Made by a program: the position numbers and the translations under genes
NCBI GenBank assembly: GCA_002435305.1
Contig: DJMH01000116.1
Coordinates: 23,913 to 87,912 of the forward strand
DNA from: Dehalococcoidia bacterium UBA6495
Lineage (GTDB): Bacteria > Chloroflexota > Dehalococcoidia > Lucifugimonadales > UBA826
DNA: 64,000 nt
Reading direction: 5' to 3'
Notes under the pieces: generated by a model
Databases searched by the model: none
Seen by the model: only the letters and a program-made list of their open reading frames with translations
Told to the model about the DNA's origin: nothing
Part shown: positions 1 to 9,452 of the stretch, one piece after another
How the letters are laid out: every line of letters starts with the position of its first letter
Position numbering within the stretch: position 1 is the first letter of the stretch

Positions 1-1
1 T

Positions 2-694
2 CATAGTTACTTATACGAATGCGTCGAAAGGTTTCCAGGGAAATTTAACATAGTCGTCATTGTAGACTCTGATAAGAAGGATTCATTGAGGAAATTGGAG
101 GAACATAAAGAAAAAGGAGCTGTGGGTGTTCGCCTCACAGCCACCACCCGTTCCCCCGGACCAGACCAATTTGCTATTTGGCGGAAAGCTGCTGAACTTG
201 ACATGGTTGTTAGTTGCATGGGCACCGTTGACGATTTCTCGTCTGATCAATTTGCAGAGCTTGTATCTGAATTTCCCACAATTCCTATAATAATTGAGCA
301 TTTAGCAGGGGGGGGAGAAGGGAGTGCATTCCCACGGAATGGGAAGGCTCCGGTTTCTCCGTTTTCTAAATATAAAAAGGCTATGCAATTGGGTGATTTT
401 GGGAACACATATTTAAAAATTCATGGACTAGGCGAATTTAATATTAGACCAAATGTTTTAAGGGAAAAATTCGACAGGAATTTTTTTGATGATATCCCTC
501 CCCTGTTAGAGATGGCGAAAGATGCTTTTGGGTATAAAAAAATTATGTGGGGTAGTGATTACCCTCCCGTTAGTGGCAGGGAAGGTTATAGAAATGCAAT
601 GAAGACAGGTATGGAGAACTCTGTTTTTGCAGAACCTGCAGAAATTGAATGGATTATGGGCGGAACTGCTCTAACTTTGTTCAATTTTGTATAA
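2..694 (+). CDS. Amidohydrolase-2 family metal-dependent hydrolase, 5' end cut by window edge
   Basis: Frame is open from nt 2 (HSYLYECVERFPGKFNIVVIVD...), upstream of the first Met. The C-terminal half (IIIEHLAGGG...KIMWGSDYPPV) resembles TIM-barrel amidohydrolases. Confidence 0.75.
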   Translation, partial: HSYLYECVERFPGKFNIVVIVDSDKKDSLRKLEEHKEKGAVGVRLTATTRSPGPDQFAIWRKAAELDMVVSCMGTVDDFSSDQFAELVSEFPTIPIIIEHLAGGGEGSAFPRNGKAPVSPFSKYKKAMQLGDFGNTYLKIHGLGEFNIRPNVLREKFDRNFFDDIPPLLEMAKDAFGYKKIMWGSDYPPVSGREGYRNAMKTGMENSVFAEPAEIEWIMGGTALTLFNFV

Positions 695-1889
695 CATTAA
701 TTTTCATCGAGGCTGGGCTATCGCCGCAGCGTGTTTTCTGGCTTCTTCCGTTGCCGTAGGTGGATCCCAATACTCATTTGGCCATTTCGTTGAGCCCCTG
801 GAAAATACTTTCGGTTGGACGCGTACCCAAATAGGGCTGTCCTTATCTTTAATCGCCTTTGGGTCGTTTATATCACCATTGATTGGATCTCTCATAGATA
901 AACACGGATCAAGACGAATAATGGCTTTTTCTATGGCTGTATTTGGTATTAGTTATCTTGTTAGACCATTCATGACGGAACTGTGGCATTGGTATTTCCT
1001 AAGTGTTGTTCAATCTTTTTCGATCGTCGGGGCCTCAATGTTGCCCCCAGGTAAATTGGTTGGGTTGTGGTTTCCTGAAAACCGAGGAAGAGTGATTGGA
1101 ATAACTGCAATGGGAAATAATTTTGGCGGAATGGTGATACAACCAATCATTGCCTTTTTGGTTACTGCCTATAACTGGAAGGTTGGTTATGCAGTTGTGG
1201 GGGTTTTGGGAATTTTAGTATCTATATATTCCTATTTGGTCGTAAAAAATCCGGATTCTGAAAGCAAAGGAATATTAAAGCCAGGAAAGAAAGCTGAAAT
1301 TTTGACTGGATTTACTTTGAAAGAGGCAATTCGGACAAAAACTTTTTACGCTATTACCTTCGCGATACTATGCGGAACATTTACCTATAGTTCACTATTA
1401 CCTCAAGTTTCTTCCCATCTCATTATTAATGGTGTGAGAGAAAGTACCGCATCCATAGCTTTAAGCTTGTTTGCCACCTGTGGAATGGCGGGCAAATTTG
1501 TCTTCGGAAATTTGTCCGATAAATATGGTCCACGCATGGCGCTGGTCCTAGATCTGTGTGGACAAGCAATTTTTGCATCCCTTCTTGTTTACGCAGGAGA
1601 CGGCCTTCCAGTGTGGGTAATTGTTCCCGCTATGGGGTTTTTTCTAGGAGCTTTTGGAGCTCTTTATCAACTAATAGTGATTGACGCATTTGGAGTGAAA
1701 CATTTTGGTGCGATAATGGGGGTTATCTCTATATCCAATGCTGTACCTTCCTTTTTAGGACCCATCATAGCGGGGGTGAGTTTCGATATCACGGGTAGTT
1801 ACGCAGTTGCCTTTGTTATCACGTCTATAATATTTGTTCTTGGGGCGTTATCCTTGAAATTGACACGGGAAAATACCACTAAAGGCTGA
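687..1889 (+). CDS. MFS transporter (oxalate/formate-antiporter-like subfamily)
   Basis: 400 aa with about 12 hydrophobic helices. The N-terminal motif 'GGSQYSFGHFVEPLENTFGWTRTQIG' is typical of OFA-type MFS. TTG start overlaps the upstream stop. Confidence 0.8.
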   Translation: MYNINFHRGWAIAAACFLASSVAVGGSQYSFGHFVEPLENTFGWTRTQIGLSLSLIAFGSFISPLIGSLIDKHGSRRIMAFSMAVFGISYLVRPFMTELWHWYFLSVVQSFSIVGASMLPPGKLVGLWFPENRGRVIGITAMGNNFGGMVIQPIIAFLVTAYNWKVGYAVVGVLGILVSIYSYLVVKNPDSESKGILKPGKKAEILTGFTLKEAIRTKTFYAITFAILCGTFTYSSLLPQVSSHLIINGVRESTASIALSLFATCGMAGKFVFGNLSDKYGPRMALVLDLCGQAIFASLLVYAGDGLPVWVIVPAMGFFLGAFGALYQLIVIDAFGVKHFGAIMGVISISNAVPSFLGPIIAGVSFDITGSYAVAFVITSIIFVLGALSLKLTRENTTKG

Positions 1890-1912
1890 TGCTAAAGTTA
1901 AGTTATCTCGTT

Positions 1913-2668
1913 CTATAATGAGCGCAGATAATTCACTACTGGATATGATTCCCAGTCGTTCGGGGAGGAGTCACTGACGGCGAATGATTCAAAATGGGGA
2001 CCTTCCATTTCAGAAAGGCGGGCTGCGAATTCTTGGGCGTCTTCTTGGCTTTTATAATTTTTTAGGCCCTCTATTTTGTATCTAATGGTGTCATCAATAT
2101 CGATGAGCAAGTCCATTTTTTTTTCTACTGAGCTTAATTGTAGGTTGTACATTTTGGCTATATCTTCTGGAATGGACGGGTAAATCAGGATCGGTGAGTT
2201 TTCACTTGTAGGATTATGATATTTTTTGTAGGCAATCAGAGTGGATTTGTGGATTGCTATATGGTCTGGATGGTTGGATATTCCGCTCGGGCCGAAGGTC
2301 GATACAACATCTGGTTCAACCGTATGCATTATGTCTAGAATTTTTATGGCTAATACCTCAGGGTCTTCTTTTTCCAGCTCCTGGTCCATGTACCGCAACA
2401 TAAAGGGTGGATTTGCTCCGTAGGTGCTCATATTTGCCTTTAATTCGGATTCCCTGACGGAGGCAAGATCCTCTCTTCTGATCTTTATGCCGCCGGTTCC
2501 CAATGTACCTAATTCTCCACCCGTAGCTGTGATAACGTAGACTTGGTGGCCTTCGTCACTTAGTTTCACCATAGTGCCAGCACTGGCAGAGGTTTCATCA
2601 TCCGGGTGTCCATACACCCCCAACCAGACAATGCTATCTTTATTGGTTGGTGTCATTGGTAATTCCAT
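1913..2668 (-). CDS. PIG-L/LmbE family N-acetylglucosaminyl deacetylase
   Basis: 'VYGHPDDETSASAGTM' (AHPDDE zinc motif) and a downstream 'NHPDHIAIH' motif. Confidence 0.8.
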   Translation of the reverse strand: MELPMTPTNKDSIVWLGVYGHPDDETSASAGTMVKLSDEGHQVYVITATGGELGTLGTGGIKIRREDLASVRESELKANMSTYGANPPFMLRYMDQELEKEDPEVLAIKILDIMHTVEPDVVSTFGPSGISNHPDHIAIHKSTLIAYKKYHNPTSENSPILIYPSIPEDIAKMYNLQLSSVEKKMDLLIDIDDTIRYKIEGLKNYKSQEDAQEFAARLSEMEGPHFESFAVSDSSPNDWESYPVVNYLRSL

Positions 2669-3371
2669 AGGTCATTTGCACAATCATTTTATCCAGTCTC
2701 ACACAGTCCCGGCACCTATTTCTTCCTTCCGGGGGTATTTTCATTTTGGACACGGAATGGACTAAATCTAGGATAGGTGGTATCAGCTTTTCTGGCCTTC
2801 TTTCAACTTCAATTATATTGGATTTAAATCCGAGAGCCATTCCCATCTCTGAAATAGCCGAACTAGATGATGCGAACTCTTTTTGACTTTCCGGTTCCAT
2901 GAAAATCAGATAGAGACGACTGATAGGGCTATATCCGGAGGATTCTGCTATCCATGCGTAAGCATTCAGCTGTATTTGATACGACAGTAGGGCATATTTT
3001 CTTTCAGGGTTGTAGCGTGATGTTTTGTAATCGGCAATCACATAGGATCCGTCTGAAAGGCGAAATATGGCGTCTGCTTCCCCTCTCACTCTCACGCCGG
3101 TGTTTTCATCATCTCTGTAAAATTTCCTCCAATTTGGAGGTTTTATGTTCTCAGTGACCTCTCCAATTTCTTCCAACCAATCGGGCAACCGGGAAAATTT
3201 TTCAAAAAATGCAGAAATGACGTTTTTAGTAAAACTGTCTATTGAACTAAATATTGAAGGGAATGTTTGATAGGGAAGATCCTTGACGTGCATCCTTATC
3301 CAGGCACACCTCAAGCACGGGTATCGTGTTGCGTAGTTGCTTAATTCAGTTGCTGAGATTGTAATAGTCAT
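2640..3371 (-). CDS. PD-(D/E)XK nuclease, Cas4/RecB-like, with 4 Cys (CxxC...CxxC)
   Basis: Motifs 'RGEADAIF', 'VIADYKTS' (D-x-K) and 'QIQLNAYAW' (QxxxY). N-terminal 'CLRC' and C-terminal 'CRDC'. The 3' end overlaps the PIG-L start by 17-29 nt. Confidence 0.7.
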   Translation of the reverse strand: MTITISATELSNYATRYPCLRCAWIRMHVKDLPYQTFPSIFSSIDSFTKNVISAFFEKFSRLPDWLEEIGEVTENIKPPNWRKFYRDDENTGVRVRGEADAIFRLSDGSYVIADYKTSRYNPERKYALLSYQIQLNAYAWIAESSGYSPISRLYLIFMEPESQKEFASSSSAISEMGMALGFKSNIIEVERRPEKLIPPILDLVHSVSKMKIPPEGRNRCRDCVRLDKMIVQMTYGITNDTNQ

Positions 3372-3437
3372 TTGATTTATGTGGTTATACTGGAGTAAAT
3401 ATATTTCTGAACATTATTGCAAAAAAAGAGGCTAGTT

Positions 3438-4304
3438 GTGGAGAGACGTCGACTTGGAAGAACTGGACATAGCAGTACAGTAATTACCTTCGGAGCCTAT
3501 TCAATAGGAAAATTGAGTCAGCCAGATGCCGATTCTGCCATCCAAATGTGTTTGGATTACGGGGTTAATCATATAGATATAGCACCTGGGTATTCTGAAT
3601 CGATGGAGCGTGTTGCGCCATGGATGCCGGAGTTACGCTCAAAGATGTTTTTGGGTTGTAAGACTCCAATGAGAACCAGGGATGATGTGTGGAGCAATGT
3701 TAAAGACATAATGGGTCGCATGAATGTGGACTCTTTTGATTTGTTCCAGTTGCATTCGGTAATAGATCTTGAAACTCTAGATCTGGTGACAGGAAAAGGT
3801 GGAGCCTTGGAGGCGTTAGTAGAGATGAGGGAACAAGGGTTAACGAAATGGCTTGGCATTACGGGACATGGTCCTTCAGCACCGTCTACCCATCTTGAGG
3901 CGCTGAGAAGGTTTGATTTCGATACTGTGATGTTTCCGGTGAATGCTTCGATGTATAGAAATCATGAATACCGAAAAGATTCAGATACCTTAATTCAATT
4001 TTGTAATCAAAATGATGTAGGAATTCAGACAATAAAGATGATAGCCAGGGGTGGATGGGCCGATAACCAAAAAGACTGTGCGACCTGGTATGACCCTTAT
4101 AGGGAACAGAAAGAAATAGATGAGGCTTTGTGGTGGCAGTTGTCGCAAAAAATAGATACGGCTCCTAGCTGTGGGGAGTTCTCTTTACTTGAAAAAGTTT
4201 TAGATGCTGGGTCGCGCTTCCAACAGTTATCCACAGAAGAACAGGAAAACATAACGTCAACAAGGGTTTCCATTAAACCAGAGCCCAAATTAGCAATAAT
4301 CTAA
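3438..4304 (+). CDS. Aldo/keto reductase
   Basis: 'ERRRLGRTGHSSTVITFGAYSIG...HIDIAPGYSESMERV'. GTG at 3438 follows AGAGG by 6 nt. The track's TTG at 3417 is an alternative start. Confidence 0.8.
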   Translation: MERRRLGRTGHSSTVITFGAYSIGKLSQPDADSAIQMCLDYGVNHIDIAPGYSESMERVAPWMPELRSKMFLGCKTPMRTRDDVWSNVKDIMGRMNVDSFDLFQLHSVIDLETLDLVTGKGGALEALVEMREQGLTKWLGITGHGPSAPSTHLEALRRFDFDTVMFPVNASMYRNHEYRKDSDTLIQFCNQNDVGIQTIKMIARGGWADNQKDCATWYDPYREQKEIDEALWWQLSQKIDTAPSCGEFSLLEKVLDAGSRFQQLSTEEQENITSTRVSIKPEPKLAII

Positions 4305-5569
4305 GGGTATCTATAATTTCTTAACCCGGCTATTAGACGCCATACAAGAAGAACTACGCAAACTGATACTGTTCCACCTAATAGCATGGTGTTTCCAGCT
4401 CCAATTCGTTCAGACATGAAGCCGACTTCGAATGTTCCTATGTTATTTGCTGCCATCGCGCTAAAAGAATGAAAACTTACAGCCCTACCTCTCATGTGGT
4501 CGGGAGTCGTCAATTGCACTGTAGTTTGTCTGGTGGTCATACCTATGGCATCGGTCGCACCCAGTCCGGAAATTATTCCTCCTCCGATTAACAATAAAAG
4601 CAATGGATGTACGTTGAGAAATTGAATTGAACCGAAGCCGAACAACAGAAGGGAATATATTCCTGTAGCGTATAGAACCAGCATCCCTTTGGAGCGATAA
4701 TTGGCCAAGAAAAGGACAAGGAAACTTCCAGAAACTCCGCCCAGAGAATTGGCGGCGGAAAGAGGTCCTATAGCCCAGGCACCCTGCTTGAATAATTTAT
4801 CGACTATTAAAGGCATGATTTCTCTGTAAAAACTTACGACTGTAACCCCTACGTCCATGATATAGAGGCCAGGAAGTATGGGGTGATTTCTAACAAATGT
4901 GAATCCTTCCCATAATCTTGAAATCATAGAGCCTTCTAAAGGTTTATCAGATCCATCGGTGCCGTATTTGGCATTAATAAACAACGGTATTATTGAGGCT
5001 GGTAGGGAGAAACAGACACCTATTAAAAATACAGCAGGTAGCCCGACTAATTTGTAGGCAACCGAAAATATTAGAGGGGTTAGGATGGAGCTTATTTGAT
5101 ATGTAGCTGTATTAGAAGTGACAGCATGCAGCAGGTGGGAAGTGGGCACTACATTGGCTGTAATTGCCGAACGGGCTGGTCCACCCATTGTGCTGGTCAC
5201 TCCAAGTATTGCGACCATTGCATATATGTGCCACGTCTTCAAAGAATCGCTGATTAATAGAATTGTAGCAAGGGTTATTAAAAAAAAGCTGAAACACTGG
5301 GTGATCGATATCAGCTTCTTACGATCAAACTGGTCAGCGAATGCTCCTCCAAACAATGAGGCCGGCATTTGGACAGCGAGCTGCACCAATCCTAGTAACC
5401 CGAGTTGTATTCCTGAGCCTGTTTCCTCATAAAGCCACACACCAAATCCAAGCAACCGGATCTGCATGGTAACTGAAGCAGACAATCCCGATACCCATAG
5501 CATTCTGAAATCTGGAAACCTGAAAGCAGACCAAGGTTTTATATTGGTAGAGTCTTCTCTATTACGCAA
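4301..5569 (-). CDS. MFS transporter (MFS_3 / EntS-like 'transmembrane secretion effector' type)
   Basis: 422 aa, polytopic. The N-terminal 'FRFPDFRMLWVSGLSAS' is typical of this subfamily. Confidence 0.8.
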   Translation of the reverse strand: MRNREDSTNIKPWSAFRFPDFRMLWVSGLSASVTMQIRLLGFGVWLYEETGSGIQLGLLGLVQLAVQMPASLFGGAFADQFDRKKLISITQCFSFFLITLATILLISDSLKTWHIYAMVAILGVTSTMGGPARSAITANVVPTSHLLHAVTSNTATYQISSILTPLIFSVAYKLVGLPAVFLIGVCFSLPASIIPLFINAKYGTDGSDKPLEGSMISRLWEGFTFVRNHPILPGLYIMDVGVTVVSFYREIMPLIVDKLFKQGAWAIGPLSAANSLGGVSGSFLVLFLANYRSKGMLVLYATGIYSLLLFGFGSIQFLNVHPLLLLLIGGGIISGLGATDAIGMTTRQTTVQLTTPDHMRGRAVSFHSFSAMAANNIGTFEVGFMSERIGAGNTMLLGGTVSVCVVLLVWRLIAGLRNYRYP

Positions 5570-5706
5570 AAAGTGTAAACCCTACTGGCGCATTTGATTC
5601 AGGGGGCTGACTCTGATTTATATATGGTTTCACGGAAAGTTATTATAGACTAAGTAATATTTCAAGGGTTTATAAAAGCGGGGGCTATAAGGTTCTGTTT
5701 ATACAT

Positions 5707-6342
5707 TTGGTATCGTCTTGGAAGCAATCCGTCGGAGTGGTGGTGGCACGATTGTGGGTGTTGTTTCCCATTTGTATTGGCCTGTCGCTAGTAATAGTAG
5801 GGGTTGAGGGACTATATAAACCAGGGTCTGTGAGCTTCGGCATTTATGATTGGGGGCCTAGGTTAGTTGGGCCTAACGATTGGGTGTATTGTTGCTTTAT
5901 TCCTTCAGGGTTACTGATCACGGGATATTTCTTGGTTGGCCTGTCGGCCTTGAAGGACAATCCTCTGGTTCGCATCTTTAAAAAGGTCGTTCTTTACATT
6001 TTTGGATTTTTATTTCTGGGGATCGGAATAGCAGGATATTTTCTGCCCATGTTGCCTGGCACTATATTTCTTATTCTTTCTGCCGTTTGTTTCATGCGGT
6101 CAAATGAAAAGATGTATCGCTGGGTCACAGAGCATAGACTTTTTGGAAGGCATATAAAGCAATTTATGGAAACGGGAGCTATGCCTAAAAGAGCCAAATT
6201 CATCTCTATTAGTTGCATATGGGTTTTCTCAGCCATATCAACATCGCCGATAACGCCTTACGGTTGGCAATTCAAAACTATAGTCATCTCCCTTGCCGTT
6301 ATAGGTACGTTGTATATACTGACGCGTCCAAACTCCAAATAG
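5707..6342 (+). CDS. YbaN/DUF454 family inner-membrane protein with N-terminal extension
   Basis: 'GIAGYFLPMLPGTIFLILSAVCFMRSNEKMYRWVTEHRLFGRHIKQF' matches the DUF454 core. Confidence 0.65.
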   Translation: MVSSWKQSVGVVVARLWVLFPICIGLSLVIVGVEGLYKPGSVSFGIYDWGPRLVGPNDWVYCCFIPSGLLITGYFLVGLSALKDNPLVRIFKKVVLYIFGFLFLGIGIAGYFLPMLPGTIFLILSAVCFMRSNEKMYRWVTEHRLFGRHIKQFMETGAMPKRAKFISISCIWVFSAISTSPITPYGWQFKTIVISLAVIGTLYILTRPNSK

Positions 6343-6352
6343 AAGTTAATTA

Positions 6353-6631
6353 CTACAGAACCGAAACTTGGATTTGTGGGTCAGCTTCTCCTCTCTTAAG
6401 TGCCTCGATTATGGTTTCAGCGAGCCTTTTGGCCGACTGGGGACTTAATTCCACAGCGACTCTCGATCCAACCCCCCGAGATTGGTTCACAAAATCTATG
6501 TTGACACCGTATTCCCAAGGGGCATTGAAGGGATGATCGTAAGATACATTGACCATTTCTAGTGGAAACCAGCCGTCTCTGCCCTTTCCGCTTCCTTCCA
6601 CCTCTGTTCGTTCGCATATCATTGTGCACAT
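6353..6631 (-). CDS. Small hypothetical protein (92 aa)
   Basis: ORF lies 21 nt downstream of the DLH gene on the same strand. 'MCT..ERTEVEGSGKGRDGWF...YDHPFNAPWEYGVNIDF' is reminiscent, from memory only, of DUF6295-type small proteins. Confidence 0.5.
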   Translation of the reverse strand: MCTMICERTEVEGSGKGRDGWFPLEMVNVSYDHPFNAPWEYGVNIDFVNQSRGVGSRVAVELSPQSAKRLAETIIEALKRGEADPQIQVSVL

Positions 6632-6652
6632 AATGAGTATTTCCTTCTAAAT

Positions 6653-7408
6653 TTAACTCAAGTTCTTACCTAAAAACGTTAGCATTTTGTCCCATCCATC
6701 AACTGCGGAACTTTGGTGGTATATAGGTCGGTCGAAATAAAAGAAGCCATGACCAGCTTCTGGATACCTATGAAACTCAATATCTTTTCCGGCGGCTTTC
6801 AACTCTTTTTCGTGTTGGTTTACTTGATCGGGTGTCGGGCTCTGGTCCAGATCCCCGAAGAGGCCTAGCAAAGGTGCGTTCAAATCTTGAGTATACGAGT
6901 TTGGCGATACGGGTTGCTTATCCGTTAGTTGTTCATCAGACATAATAACGTTTCCACCCCAACATTCCACTATGGCATCAAAACAGTCTAGTCGACATCC
7001 GGCTAGAAATACGTGCCTCCCTCCGGAGCATGTTCCAAATGTCCCCACTTTGCCATTTGAATTCGGCAGAGAAAGAACGTATTTGGCTGCAGCCTCCAAA
7101 TCACCCATGACTTGATCGTCTGATACTCCCCCTTCTGCTCTTACTGCTGCTGCAACATCTTCGGGGGTACCGTGTGCCTCTCTGCAATACAGATCTGGGG
7201 AAATCGCGAGGTACCCATGATGCGCCAATTTGCGGGTAAATTCTCGATATAATTCGTCCCATCCTGGCAGATGATGAGCCAAAACTACGGCTGGGAATGG
7301 GCCTGCCCCCATTGGTCTGGCAAAATACGTGTGTATTGCGTCCCCATTTGTACCATTTATAGTGATAGTCTCGGCTATGATGCCTTCAAATTGTTCTGTT
7401 GTGTACAT
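6653..7408 (-). CDS. Dienelactone hydrolase family protein (carboxymethylenebutenolidase-like)
   Basis: 'PAVVLAHHLPGWDE', the nucleophile-elbow-like 'GTFGTCSGG', and C-terminal 'YPEAGHGFF'. Confidence 0.8.
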   Translation of the reverse strand: MYTTEQFEGIIAETITINGTNGDAIHTYFARPMGAGPFPAVVLAHHLPGWDELYREFTRKLAHHGYLAISPDLYCREAHGTPEDVAAAVRAEGGVSDDQVMGDLEAAAKYVLSLPNSNGKVGTFGTCSGGRHVFLAGCRLDCFDAIVECWGGNVIMSDEQLTDKQPVSPNSYTQDLNAPLLGLFGDLDQSPTPDQVNQHEKELKAAGKDIEFHRYPEAGHGFFYFDRPIYHQSSAVDGWDKMLTFLGKNLS

Positions 7409-7442
7409 TTTTACTCCTCTAATTTAGTTTGTGAATTAATTA

Positions 7443-8237
7443 TCAGGAAAACACGGCGGATCCTACACCGCCACCTGCGGCTATTGATTCCCCGGTTATA
7501 GCGGAGGCCCTCGGAGAACATAAAAATACCGCAAGATAGGCTATCTCTTCCGCCTCCACCATTCTTTTTATATCGATAGATTCTGTAGCCTTCTTTTCAA
7601 TATCCTCGACCGTTAAGCCTTGGGCATTCGCGATGTTTTCCTGCATAGGTTGTGTTCTTTCTGTTCTGGTGGCACCCGGATGAATGATATTGGCCGTTAT
7701 ACCAAATTGCCCTAATTCATTGGAAAGAGTCTTTGTTAGGTGGACTAGGGCTAGGTTTCGCAGGCCACTGATAGCTCCTCCACTTCTTGCCGCCAAACCT
7801 CCAATATTTATTATTCTGCCCCATTGTGCTTTTTTCATGTAAGGCACCGACCTTTTTGTCGATCGCAGATACCCAACAACCTTGGTATCTATGTCGTCTA
7901 TAAGTTCTAATGGGTCGGCCTGATCTAGCGGACCCATAACCAATCCACCTGGAGCGGCAGCATTGTTTATTAGAATATCCAGCCCCCCAAGGGCAGAGGC
8001 TGCGCCATCTATGAACATGGAAATTGAGTTATCATCTCGGGTATCTGCCACTGCAGTAAAAACCTTCACATTATAATTGGATGTTATCTCTTCAGAGGTT
8101 GCTATTAAGTCAGATTCGTTTCTGGCGCACAACCCCAAATCAACGCCTTCCTTTGCCAATTCCTTGGCAATAGCTTTACCAATTCCTTTGCTGCCGCCGG
8201 TGATGATCGCTTTTTTCCCACTTATGGAAAGTTCCAT
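7443..8237 (-). CDS. Short-chain dehydrogenase/reductase (SDR)
   Basis: 'KKAIITGGSKGIGKAIAKELAKEG' Rossmann motif, 'NNAA', and 'IHPGATRTE'. Confidence 0.85.
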   Translation of the reverse strand: MELSISGKKAIITGGSKGIGKAIAKELAKEGVDLGLCARNESDLIATSEEITSNYNVKVFTAVADTRDDNSISMFIDGAASALGGLDILINNAAAPGGLVMGPLDQADPLELIDDIDTKVVGYLRSTKRSVPYMKKAQWGRIINIGGLAARSGGAISGLRNLALVHLTKTLSNELGQFGITANIIHPGATRTERTQPMQENIANAQGLTVEDIEKKATESIDIKRMVEAEEIAYLAVFLCSPRASAITGESIAAGGGVGSAVFS

Positions 8238-8246
8238 GACAGTTAA

Positions 8247-9050
8247 CTAGTTGCCTTCCATTGCCCTTAGTACTTTCTCTCCTTCGTTCTTCCAAAATGA
8301 GTAAAGTATTGATATGTCTGTACCTAGCGAGAAATCTCTTACTCCCATATCTAGATACTCTTTCATTTCGTCTGCCGATTGTATTTCAGCCCTTGGAGGA
8401 ACTCCCATTTTTATGCCTAATTCAAAAGTCTTCTTTTTTGCCGCCTGCACTTCCGGGTCGTTCATCTGTCTTGGTTTACCAATGTTCATTGAAAAATCCG
8501 CACCGCCCCATTGGATCATCTCCACACCTGGCTCAGATAAAATTTCTTCCAGATTGTCAACAGCGCCTTTTTTTTCAATCATGAAGGCCAATACCACATC
8601 CCCAAGCATATCTACATATTCCTGTGTGCCGCCATATCCCATGTAGGAGTTCCTCCTTGTAGCAACGCCATAAAGACCCCCATGATCGGGGTGGTCGGGC
8701 CTAGCTGATTTGATGCATTCCCGGACTTCTTCTATGCTTCGTACGTCTGTAAATAGCACGCTTTCGTAACCAGATCCTATTCCTCTTTGAGCGAGGAAGG
8801 GCATAAGGCTTTGATCTATCTTAATCATGCTGCCAAGATTGTAGAGTTCGGATGTTCGGCACATGTTATCAAGGTCGTGCAGGTCTGATGGTCCATACTC
8901 GGCCACGAATTCAACATAGTCATATATGCCTGCATGCCCGATGGCTTCTATTTCTGCGGGCCACACACTGTGTATATGGGTACTAAGTGTGGGTTCCTCC
9001 GACCTTAATTTTTGTCTGATTAAGTTAGGCTTAAGCATCGCATCCTCCAT
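8247..9050 (-). CDS. HpcH/HpaI family aldolase
   Basis: 267 aa. The N-terminal region 'LIRQKLRSEEPTLSTHIHSVWPAEIEAIGHAGIYDYVEFVAEYGP' and overall length fit the HpcH/HpaI/citrate-lyase-beta fold. Confidence 0.65.
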   Translation of the reverse strand: MEDAMLKPNLIRQKLRSEEPTLSTHIHSVWPAEIEAIGHAGIYDYVEFVAEYGPSDLHDLDNMCRTSELYNLGSMIKIDQSLMPFLAQRGIGSGYESVLFTDVRSIEEVRECIKSARPDHPDHGGLYGVATRRNSYMGYGGTQEYVDMLGDVVLAFMIEKKGAVDNLEEILSEPGVEMIQWGGADFSMNIGKPRQMNDPEVQAAKKKTFELGIKMGVPPRAEIQSADEMKEYLDMGVRDFSLGTDISILYSFWKNEGEKVLRAMEGN

Positions 9051-9452
9051 GATATTTATCTTTCTATCGTATCGGTAGGTTATCAGAAAGATTACCTACA
9101 ATTCATCTGTTTCAAATTAAGACTGTAAACACACCATTTTTAACCTAGTCACGGGAGACAGTTACGGAATATAATCCTCACATATATTTCATGAAACTGT
9201 CTTCCATTCTTTTTTACATGTAGTGAGTAATTGTTAAAAAACACTTTTATTTTGGGAATGCCGTTACAATTTGGGCTGGTTGTTTTTTTTGCGGGATTGC
9301 TTGTTATTTATGTGCTAGCGATGTCAGCTTCGGCTCGGATAGAAAAACGGAAAGATGTTCGATATGAAGTAGGGCAAACGGAAATTTACACCTGGGAATC
9401 GGCAGCACTGTGGATGTGTCCTCTTCACTGAGGTTGGAGAATTCTCTCAAAA

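Noticed and set aside
6417-6629. An alternative-frame 70-aa ORF overlaps the 92-aa small protein on the same strand.
   Set aside because: It is an Arg/Cys/Gly-rich translation with no plausible fold. The 92-aa frame has a more protein-like sequence and better spacing from the upstream gene.
9231-9431. A 66-aa ORF with one TM helix ends in TGA (9429-9431) and is in the same frame as the MFS gene starting at 9453. I considered a second Sec/readthrough event or an N-terminal extension.
   Set aside because: The MFS protein already has a complete N-terminus and 12 helices. The residues around the TGA (CPLH-*-GWRILSK) match no redox motif, and no hairpin follows. Same-frame adjacency has a one-in-three chance. 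The small ORF itself, with a TTG start, is unsupported.
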